A stretch of 55,398 nucleotides of DNA from a virus. Its lineage: Duplodnaviria > Caudoviricetes. This document shows, one piece after another, positions 1-7,616 of the stretch (position 1 is the first letter of the stretch; the number at the start of each line of letters is the position of its first letter). The notes beneath the pieces were generated by a model. The model did no database searches, had not been told where the DNA came from, and saw only the letters and a list, made by a program, of their open reading frames with translations. The position numbers were made by a program, and so were the translations under genes. The DNA lies in the IMG/VR virus record IMGVR_UViG_3300032236_000985, positions 1 to 55,398 of that record. One strand, given 5' to 3'.

Positions 1-297
1 AAAATCAAAAAATTTAGTACTGGTCAATCGATCACCTTCAAACATTACATTTGATGACGTTTCGCCAACAAATTTGATTGCTTCTGGCATAACTGCCATT
101 GACAATCTATCAGTACCCGCAAATACTTCGCCTTCTTCATATTTCCCGATAATATGAAGATTCAATTCTTCAGAGTATTTTGTATTTACCAATTTAACAG
201 GTTCTTGATCTTCCCAATCGTAAAAATCCATAAAATTACGGAAAATAGTCGTTTTACCAACTCCAGGCTCGCCAATCACGCAAATAATTTTTCTCAT
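1..297 (-). CDS. P-loop nucleotide kinase of DNA-modification loci (5' part; runs off the window edge)
   Basis: Not in the ORF track. Hand translation from ATG at 297: MRKIICVIGEPGVGKTTIF...GKYEEGEVFAGTDRLS...NVMFEGDRL. Walker A GEPGVGKT plus GTDRLS/EGDRL motifs. Open to position 1 and starts 7 nt after the upstream stop. Confidence 0.8.
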   Translation of the reverse strand, partial: MRKIICVIGEPGVGKTTIFRNFMDFYDWEDQEPVKLVNTKYSEELNLHIIGKYEEGEVFAGTDRLSMAVMPEAIKFVGETSSNVMFEGDRLTSTKFFDF

Positions 298-304
298 AAT
301 TATC

Positions 305-1339
305 TCAAAAAAATGAATCAATAGTATTAGTTTTAATGGAAGCTAAAGCTTCGGGTTCGTTTCCTATCCATCCATGACGTAACCACCATTTACATATTTC
401 CGGAGGTATTCCAACTATACCATGCATCTCGCCTAATAAAATTTCAGGATACATTTTTTTCCGTATATCGTAACACTCTTTCCAAAGACTTTCTTTATGC
501 GGAGCAATCAATTCAAATTCTCTAAGATATTTGAGTTGACGATAATGATGATATCCTCCTCCTCGTTTACCTTTGAAACAATTTCTAAAACTACAAATTT
601 TAGTTACGAATAGAGGGACATCGATTTCTTTATCCGGAAATTTATTTTCGTAAATCTCCTTTACCCACAGAATTTTATCATGGAGTAAGTCGGATTCATA
701 TTTCGTTATCTTCTTAGTCTTATCCCACTCATCAGCACGATCATCCATATAAATTATGTTGAACATACCGGAAGTTAAATTATCGCCTTCGTAAAAATTT
801 ATACTTTCATCCGAACGTAATTTTTTACTTAATCTTTCATTTTTATTAAATATCATTAATATTTCGTTAAAAAGATCGCAAGCAAATCTACCGTATTCTG
901 GACAAACTCTTATAGACTTTTGAACATTATCATATACCTCTCTTTCCGTATCCCCAATTGCTATAGTATCGAACCACGAGGATACTGAATTTTCTGTATT
1001 ATTTACAAACCAATTTAACGTTTTCTTTGATCTTTCGTTATAACGCTGCCATTTTCTAGCCGTTCCGTAGACGATTCTATCGTTCCATTGATCAAAAAAC
1101 GAATTGACTTGATTAGAAGTAGGAAGTTTCATATCCCATTCTTCAAAAGCGAATATAGCCGTTAATTCGGAATAAAAATTACCCATAAGGAACGCTAAAA
1201 AAATACATTGGTCTTCCGACAAATTTCTTCTATTAGAATATTCCCAAAAAAACGATTGATGGATCGGAGGAACAAAATTCGCGTATTCTACGAATTTATT
1301 AGCTCTCCAATCCCCTCCTTTATCATTAGGTATAATCAT
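305..1339 (-). CDS. Amino acid:DNA transferase-like protein (aGPT-Pplase2/ADDT, HhH-glycosylase fold)
   Basis: YGRFACDLFNE resembles the family GR..F..E motif, followed by TKICSFRNCFKGKRGGGY. Lies between a TET/JBP gene and a P-loop kinase. Ends TIDSFF. Confidence 0.65.
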   Translation of the reverse strand: MIIPNDKGGDWRANKFVEYANFVPPIHQSFFWEYSNRRNLSEDQCIFLAFLMGNFYSELTAIFAFEEWDMKLPTSNQVNSFFDQWNDRIVYGTARKWQRYNERSKKTLNWFVNNTENSVSSWFDTIAIGDTEREVYDNVQKSIRVCPEYGRFACDLFNEILMIFNKNERLSKKLRSDESINFYEGDNLTSGMFNIIYMDDRADEWDKTKKITKYESDLLHDKILWVKEIYENKFPDKEIDVPLFVTKICSFRNCFKGKRGGGYHHYRQLKYLREFELIAPHKESLWKECYDIRKKMYPEILLGEMHGIVGIPPEICKWWLRHGWIGNEPEALASIKTNTIDSFF

Positions 1340-1344
1340 AATTA

Positions 1345-2694
1345 TTAAAAAAACGCATCTAAAGTAAATGATTTTTGAACGCTTTCTGGATGATACTTAA
1401 TTAGCGCATCCTTTCCTAATTCTTTCTCAAGAAAAGCATACCATTCATCAGAAGTCCACATACCAGGAGATGTTCCATTCCACATTGAACGCCATTCTGG
1501 ATGATCTTTATCAGTTCGCCTAGATTCAACAAAATTAAATCTAGCATCTTCGTATACTTTCTCACCAAGTTCTAGCATTTTTTCTCGAAAATAACAAACA
1601 ACAGAATAACGTTCTGCATCATCTTCCTCAAGAACAATAGGGGTATTTCCATGAATGCCGCCATGATTATTGATCAACAATAGATCGCCGGGACGAACAT
1701 TAACTGCAACCCTAAATTCCGGTAGAACTAGCATACCTCCAGAATATTTCTTACCATTTGTAAGAACAGATAAATTAGAAAACCCTTCATGCAAGTCACC
1801 GGCATCTCTATGCGCCGCAGTCCTAAATGATTTATTTACAGTAATAGTCGTAAATACTGTATCCGGTACATGAAATGCTTGGTCAATTTTTTCTATGCAA
1901 GATTTCTGAAAAGCCCATCGTCTAGGTAAAAGTTTAGAAAAAGCAGCAGATAGTTTTTGTAAAAACGGAAAAGCAAGAGCAAACTTCTCTGGATTCTTTT
2001 CAGTGTAGGAAGTTGCTCTACCATAAGGAATTCTTGGATATCTATCATACCAACCAGCAACTCCTGAATGTACTGCCCCAGCATAATTCGTATTAGAAAT
2101 ATATTTAGATTTTACCAGTTCAGCTTCTACCTCTTGTTCCGAGAAGGTTAATTTCTTAGTATTTTCGACCCAAACATCAAAATCAAACCCATCAGCTTTT
2201 ACTTTACTTGGTAACCAAACAAATCCTCTGGGAGAAGGGATATAGTTTGCATTCGCATAAGTTTCGTAAATATTTGCAACATTGTCTTCATTAAACAAAT
2301 TACCATAAGGGTTTGAAAAATAATCAAGAATAGACATTTGTAAATCAGATACCCAATCCCTATCAGAATCCGTTTCATTTCTAGGACCAGCTGCTAACCC
2401 TCTGTTAAAAGAGATAGAAGCTGCCCCTTTCAATCCTTCTAAGGCATTGAGTTGTTCATCTTCGGTGAAGAAGTTCTTTCGTAGAATAAAAATCACTGTA
2501 TCTTCATCAATACCTTTTGGACAGGTTGTACAATCAGTATCGTCGCAGTCGTTCCTCTCTATAAGACCGCAAGAAGGAGGTCCGAAAAAGTTACAATCTT
2601 CGTCAATAATCGTATCAAAATGACTTTCGTCTAAAAATTGTCCAAGTAAATATTCGCAATTTAATTTTTTATCAGCAACAATTGTTCTAACCAT
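1345..2694 (-). CDS. TET/JBP-family 2-oxoglutarate/Fe(II) dioxygenase (5-methylpyrimidine oxidase)
   Basis: FTTITVNKSFRTAAHRDAGD (HxD), IHGNT (distal His), RYSVVCYFRE (2OG-binding Arg). Ends TLDAFF. Confidence 0.88.
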   Translation of the reverse strand: MVRTIVADKKLNCEYLLGQFLDESHFDTIIDEDCNFFGPPSCGLIERNDCDDTDCTTCPKGIDEDTVIFILRKNFFTEDEQLNALEGLKGAASISFNRGLAAGPRNETDSDRDWVSDLQMSILDYFSNPYGNLFNEDNVANIYETYANANYIPSPRGFVWLPSKVKADGFDFDVWVENTKKLTFSEQEVEAELVKSKYISNTNYAGAVHSGVAGWYDRYPRIPYGRATSYTEKNPEKFALAFPFLQKLSAAFSKLLPRRWAFQKSCIEKIDQAFHVPDTVFTTITVNKSFRTAAHRDAGDLHEGFSNLSVLTNGKKYSGGMLVLPEFRVAVNVRPGDLLLINNHGGIHGNTPIVLEEDDAERYSVVCYFREKMLELGEKVYEDARFNFVESRRTDKDHPEWRSMWNGTSPGMWTSDEWYAFLEKELGKDALIKYHPESVQKSFTLDAFF

Positions 2695-2728
2695 AATAAC
2701 GCCTTTTATTTTCGATATTTAATTGTAA

Positions 2729-2736
2729 TATAAATA
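2729..2736 (+). promoter_or_regulatory. T4-type late promoter (gp55-dependent)
   Basis: Exact TATAAATA 22 nt upstream of the gp3-like ATG. Confidence 0.8.
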
Positions 2737-2758
2737 GTTTTATTTAGCAAGTTTTTTT

Positions 2759-3289
2759 ATGACAGCGCTTACACGAAATCCGTCAAACACCAGTTATTTA
2801 CAATCAAGTAAATATCAAGTTATGTTTCCTAGAATCAGTACGGTATCGTATTTTTGCCAGAAAGTAAATATCCCGCAAATTTCTACATCGGCTCCCTATC
2901 AGGCATCGCCTTTAGCTAATATACCAAGACCAGGTGATAAATTAGTATTCAGCGAATTTCAAATGACATTTATCGTTGACGAAGAGATGTGGAATTGGCA
3001 AATCATTTATGATTGGATAAGAGGGATGACTTTCCCTTGTAATTTTGATGAGTACAAAAATCTATACAGAGAATCAATTTACACATTACATTCTCAACAT
3101 CCGCAATACTCAGAAGGATATTTGAATATTTTATCGGGTATAAACGTACCTAAGCTGAAAATAAATTTCGAAGCTATGTTTCCAATATCATTATCCGATA
3201 TATGGATGGATACAACAGTAAGTTCAGAACAAGTTGTATTGGCAACTGCAGTGTTTAAATATCATATCTATTCCATAGAAAGATTTTAA
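2759..3289 (+). CDS. 3: Tail completion/sheath stabiliser, gp3-like
   Basis: YFCQKVNIP, GDKLVFSEFQMTFIVDE, FPISLS motifs. Conserved gp3-uvsY-uvsW synteny and a late promoter. Confidence 0.8.
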   Translation: MTALTRNPSNTSYLQSSKYQVMFPRISTVSYFCQKVNIPQISTSAPYQASPLANIPRPGDKLVFSEFQMTFIVDEEMWNWQIIYDWIRGMTFPCNFDEYKNLYRESIYTLHSQHPQYSEGYLNILSGINVPKLKINFEAMFPISLSDIWMDTTVSSEQVVLATAVFKYHIYSIERF

Positions 3290-3448
3290 ATCGTTTTTTT
3301 GGATATGCCTTTATTCCAAGCAGTAATTCCTTTTCTGTTTTCCGACATAATAAGGCGTTCCTTTTTTGGCGATTTCCGAATCTTTTGAACGAAGATAAAA
3401 ATAGACATAAAATCCTTCTGGGGGATTTTTCTTTGAATAAATACTCAT
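3286..3448 (-). pseudogene. Internally deleted GIY-YIG (Seg-like) homing endonuclease relic
   Basis: 3448-3311 reads MSIYSKKNPPEGFYVYFYLRSKDSEIAKKGTPYYVGK then goes out of frame. A second frame gives SENRKGITAWNKGISKKTI* (NUMOD3-like), ending at 3286. AGGA SD upstream. Confidence 0.72.
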
Positions 3449-3509
3449 GCTGATATTCCTATATAATATTAGATTCCTTGGGTTTTCATAGAACCGCGAA
3501 GGATATATA

Positions 3510-3517
3510 TATTTATA
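3510..3517 (-). promoter_or_regulatory. T4-type late promoter for the endonuclease relic
   Basis: tatttata on + is TATAAATA on the minus strand, about 60 nt upstream of ATG 3448, with an imperfect hairpin (3476-3502) in between. Confidence 0.6.
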
Positions 3518-3538
3518 AAAAATTTAGGCGACTATATC

Positions 3539-3976
3539 ATGCATAAACTTGATGAAATACTTGACATGTGGAACGAAGATGCTAATGTTAACGATACTCA
3601 AATAAGCACGGAAATTTTAAAAGTTCCAAAGCTTCATTCCAAATATCTAAAAATACTTAATGAACATAAAATGGCTTCGCTTAAAGCCAAATTTGAATAT
3701 GATAAATTCAAAACCATAAAAACTGAATATTATCTTGGTCACTTAGATCAAGAAACTTTAGAAAAATACGGTTGGGAACAATTCGATATCAAAGTCAGTA
3801 AAGGAGGAGCTGAACGTTACCTTAATTCTGACGACCAATTAATCAAACTACTTCATAAAAAAACTTATCACGATCAAGCAATTTCTGTATGTGAATCCAT
3901 TTTAAAAGAACTTGGGAATAGAACTTGGCAACTGAAAGTACACGTTGATTATATGAAATTTTTATCTGGTGCATAA
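3539..3976 (+). CDS. uvsY: Recombination mediator UvsY
   Basis: VPKLHSKYL, EYYLG, NRTWQLK; position before uvsW. Confidence 0.9.
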   Translation: MHKLDEILDMWNEDANVNDTQISTEILKVPKLHSKYLKILNEHKMASLKAKFEYDKFKTIKTEYYLGHLDQETLEKYGWEQFDIKVSKGGAERYLNSDDQLIKLLHKKTYHDQAISVCESILKELGNRTWQLKVHVDYMKFLSGA

Positions 3977-5478
3977 TGGCTGATATTTTACTTGAAAAAG
4001 CTAACGAGACATACATAAAAATAAACGCTGAGGAATACATCCTCAGGGAATTACAAGACAAATTCAGTTTTTACGCTGATGGATACAAATTCAATCCTAA
4101 GTTCAGGGCCAAACTTTGGAATGGTAAAATCATTCTTCTTAGAATTGTATCTAGAAACATAGGACTGATTTATACAGGATTATTGTTACAAGTTATTAGT
4201 TATTTCAAGAAATCAGGATATACTTTTGAAATTGATGAAAGTTTAAAATACAAAGACGTTCCGTCAGAAGATTCGTTAAAAGAATACCTTAAAGAATTGA
4301 AACCTGCATCGAAAGGCCAACTTCTTACTCCAAGAAACTATCAAGAAAAAGGGTTTATCGACGCAATACAAAGAAAACGTCAATTACTTCTTTCAGTAAC
4401 AGCATCTGGCAAGAGTCTTATAATCTATAGTATATTAAGATACTTGTTAGATCAAGATAAAAAAGGATTGATCATTGTACCAAATGTAACATTGGAACAT
4501 CAATTATACAACGACTTCGATGATTATTCTTCTATAAACCAATGGGATGTTGCTGAAAATATCCATAAAATCTATTCTGGGCAAGAAAAAATAACTGACA
4601 AACCTTTGTCAATATCAACTTGGCAAAGTTTGATGAACATCGGATCGACTGCATTTTTCGAACAATATGATTTCGTATTAATTGATGAAGCGCATGGAAT
4701 AAAAGGAAAAGAATTAACCAAGATTTTAGAAAAATGTGTAAATTGCGATTACAGAATAGGCTTGACTGGAACAACAGATAACTGTAAAGCAAACATCAAT
4801 ACAATCATTGGATTAACCGGAGAAATCAACAGATTAAACACAACTACTGAATTGGTTGATAAAGGAGAAATTTCCAATTTCGATATTAAATGTTTAGTCC
4901 TAAAATATGACAATGAAACTTGTAATCTTCTTAAAAAAGCAAAATATCAAGAAGAACTGTCATATTTCGTAACAAATAATAAAAGAAACGCTTTTATAAA
5001 AAATCTAGCCATTTCAACAAAAACAAATACCATTGTTTTATTCGAATACGTGGAAAAACATGGAAAAGTCTTGTATGATTTGATAAGAAATTCTAAAAGA
5101 TTAGAAGATGGTAGAAAAGTGTTTTTCATTCATGGAGGAATTGAAGGCGAAGAAAGAGAAAAGATTAGACAACTTCTTGAAAAAGAAGATAATGCAATCT
5201 TGATTGCTTCTGTTAAAATTATGGGAACTGGAACTTCAATAAAAAATCTTCATAATATAATTTTCGCAGTTAATGGTAAATCATCCATAAGAATTCTTCA
5301 ATCAATAGGAAGATCGTTAAGACTACACCATACCAAAGAAAAAGCCACTATATATGATATAGTCGATGACGTTTCCATAAAAAACCATCAAAATTTCTTG
5401 TTAAAACACTTTATAGAAAGAGTAAAAATTTATAACAAAGAAAGTTTTAATTACAAAATAACTAAAATTGACATTTAA
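3976..5478 (+). CDS. uvsW: SF2 RNA-DNA/DNA helicase UvsW
   Basis: TASGKS, DEAH, GLTGT, QSIGR; 500 aa. Confidence 0.95.
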   Translation: MADILLEKANETYIKINAEEYILRELQDKFSFYADGYKFNPKFRAKLWNGKIILLRIVSRNIGLIYTGLLLQVISYFKKSGYTFEIDESLKYKDVPSEDSLKEYLKELKPASKGQLLTPRNYQEKGFIDAIQRKRQLLLSVTASGKSLIIYSILRYLLDQDKKGLIIVPNVTLEHQLYNDFDDYSSINQWDVAENIHKIYSGQEKITDKPLSISTWQSLMNIGSTAFFEQYDFVLIDEAHGIKGKELTKILEKCVNCDYRIGLTGTTDNCKANINTIIGLTGEINRLNTTTELVDKGEISNFDIKCLVLKYDNETCNLLKKAKYQEELSYFVTNNKRNAFIKNLAISTKTNTIVLFEYVEKHGKVLYDLIRNSKRLEDGRKVFFIHGGIEGEEREKIRQLLEKEDNAILIASVKIMGTGTSIKNLHNIIFAVNGKSSIRILQSIGRSLRLHHTKEKATIYDIVDDVSIKNHQNFLLKHFIERVKIYNKESFNYKITKIDI

Positions 5479-5483
5479 TAATT

Positions 5484-5834
5484 ATGAAAGAAGTAAAAAT
5501 TATAAGACTTAAAAATAACGACGATATCATCTGTCTATGCGAAACTAAAGAAGGTTATATAGACGTAGAACATCCGTATTTGATAAAAATAGAAATTGAA
5601 GTAAAAAAATCAACTCAAATATTGGTACTTAAACATTGGCTTCCTATTAATTTAGTAGAAGAAAATAAAACATGTTTATTCCTTGAAAATGTCATGTTGA
5701 CTCTTTCTCCTAAAATAGATATCGAAGAATACTATCTAAATATGTTGTTAATTAAAGAAGATTCTTCATCTAAAGATGATATTAAAGTCTTATTAGAGAA
5801 TATAGATGCTAAAGTTAATAACAAGATACATTAA
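5484..5834 (+). CDS. Conserved T4-like hypothetical protein (Sm-like N-terminus)
   Basis: VKIIRLKNNDDIIC...WLP pattern; usual position between uvsW and gp55. Confidence 0.6.
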   Translation: MKEVKIIRLKNNDDIICLCETKEGYIDVEHPYLIKIEIEVKKSTQILVLKHWLPINLVEENKTCLFLENVMLTLSPKIDIEEYYLNMLLIKEDSSSKDDIKVLLENIDAKVNNKIH

Positions 5835-5888
5835 GATATTCTTTATACTATAGAGTAATTAAATCTATCATCAACAGGGTACATACTT

Positions 5889-5917
5889 AATGTATCGCTG
5901 TCCGAATCAGAAGTCAA
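5889..5917 (-). promoter_or_regulatory. sigma70-type promoter, antisense orientation
   Basis: Minus strand TTGACT-17 nt-TACATT. Confidence 0.5.
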
Positions 5918-5943
5918 GCTTTTTTTATTATAAAAAAAATTAC

Positions 5944-5971
5944 TTTACTTCTGACGGTTTTGTAGTATACT
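5944..5971 (+). promoter_or_regulatory. sigma70-type promoter for the gp55-47-46 operon
   Basis: TTTACT-16 nt-TATACT. Confidence 0.55.
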
Positions 5972-6010
5972 TTATATTATAATGGATATAATTATAACAA
6001 TGAGGAAGCA

Positions 6011-6553
6011 ATGAAAGTAGTTGTAAATTACATTGATAACGAAGAGTTTACGAAGCATTTAATAGAACATAAAAATAAAGTCTTGGAACATAAAGCGAAA
6101 GGGCTTCCAAAGCCCAGAGCATCCGACTACATCGGTGATTGTTTTCTTAAAATTGCTAACAATTTAGCAAAACGTCCGAACTTTTATCAATATACATTTC
6201 GCGAAGAAATGGTCTCAGATGCAATAGAAAATTGTATCATGTATTTCGAAAATTTCGATCCAGCTAAATCAAACAAACCTTTTGCGTATTTTACTAAAAT
6301 TTGTTGGTACGCATTTGTCCGTCGAATTGCTAAAGAAAAGAAACAGCAATATATCAAATATAAAGCAACCGAAAGTTTTGGCGTTTTAGGCGAAGATGAG
6401 CTTGAGGATTTAGATGATGCTACAAGAGCGCAGATACAGATATATGATAATATGTATGAATTCATTTCTGCATATGAAGAAAAAAATATTGTAAAGAAAG
6501 AACAACCACCAAAAGAAACCCCAAAAGGATTAGAGAATTTTTTTGATGAGTAA
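6011..6553 (+). CDS. 55: Late transcription sigma factor gp55
   Basis: NYIDN, YIGDCFLKIA, RPNF..YTFREEM, FAYFT.IC.YAF.RRI.KEKKQ; C-tail GLENFFDE. Confidence 0.95.
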   Translation: MKVVVNYIDNEEFTKHLIEHKNKVLEHKAKGLPKPRASDYIGDCFLKIANNLAKRPNFYQYTFREEMVSDAIENCIMYFENFDPAKSNKPFAYFTKICWYAFVRRIAKEKKQQYIKYKATESFGVLGEDELEDLDDATRAQIQIYDNMYEFISAYEEKNIVKKEQPPKETPKGLENFFDE

Positions 6554-7616
6554 GATAGTAATACTTGGTGATACGCATTTCGCTATACGATCTGGATCTA
6601 AACTTTTTAGCGATTATTTTGAAAAGTTTTATGAAAATGTTCTCCTTCCTTATTTGAAGGAAAATGCTATTACTACAATTGTTCAGACTGGTGATCTTTT
6701 CGATGAAAGAAAACGAGTAAACAATTTTGGTCTTTATGAATCTAGGCGATATTTTTTTGATAGACTTCAAGAAGAAGGAATAACTTTACATGTTCTTCTT
6801 GGGAATCATGATATTGCATATAAAGATACGTTGAGAGTGAATTCTCCTTCTTTGTTATTGAATGATTATCCTAATATCAATATCATTGATAAACCATCAA
6901 CGATTGAAATTGATGATAAAGGGATTTGTTTTATTCCTTGGATCTGTAGAGAAAACGAAGAAGCGTGTTTAAATGAATTAAGAACCAGTCGATCAAATAT
7001 TTGTTTTGGACATTTTGAAATTTCTGGTTTTGCTATGTACAAGGGGATAGTTGGTCATGGAGGTATGGATAGTTCCTTATTTGATAGGTTTGAATACGCC
7101 TTTAGTGGACATTATCATCATCGCTCAACCAAACGTAATATTCATTACGTTGGTACACCATATGAAATGACCTGGTCTGATCACGGTGATCCTAAAGGGT
7201 TTCATGTATTTGATCTAGAAACTCAGAAGTTAGATTTTGTTAAGAATCCTTACAGAATGTATAACAAAATTTTTTATGATGATACTGACGAAGATTCTGT
7301 AAATGAAACGCTTTCCAATCTACATAAATTGGAATTGACAAACACCTATGTTAAATTAGTTGTAAAAAATAAAGAAAACGTTTATCTGTTTGATAAGTTC
7401 GTTGAAAGTTTGGAAAAAGAAGAACCTTTTGATTTAAACATCATTGAAGATACGCAAGATGTTTTCACAGAAGAAATGCTTGATATTGACGAAAGCGAAG
7501 ATACCTTAACTACGATATATAAATTCGTTGATATTTCTCCAAACAAAGATTATGATTCAAATAGAGTCAAAAAAATTCTTAGCGAATTATATAGCGAAGC
7601 AGTGGCAATTCAGTAA
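6546..7616 (+). CDS. 47: Recombination nuclease gp47 (Mre11/SbcD-like)
   Basis: GDTH, GDLFD, GNHD, GHFE, SGHYH. Confidence 0.95.
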   Translation: MSKIVILGDTHFAIRSGSKLFSDYFEKFYENVLLPYLKENAITTIVQTGDLFDERKRVNNFGLYESRRYFFDRLQEEGITLHVLLGNHDIAYKDTLRVNSPSLLLNDYPNINIIDKPSTIEIDDKGICFIPWICRENEEACLNELRTSRSNICFGHFEISGFAMYKGIVGHGGMDSSLFDRFEYAFSGHYHHRSTKRNIHYVGTPYEMTWSDHGDPKGFHVFDLETQKLDFVKNPYRMYNKIFYDDTDEDSVNETLSNLHKLELTNTYVKLVVKNKENVYLFDKFVESLEKEEPFDLNIIEDTQDVFTEEMLDIDESEDTLTTIYKFVDISPNKDYDSNRVKKILSELYSEAVAIQ

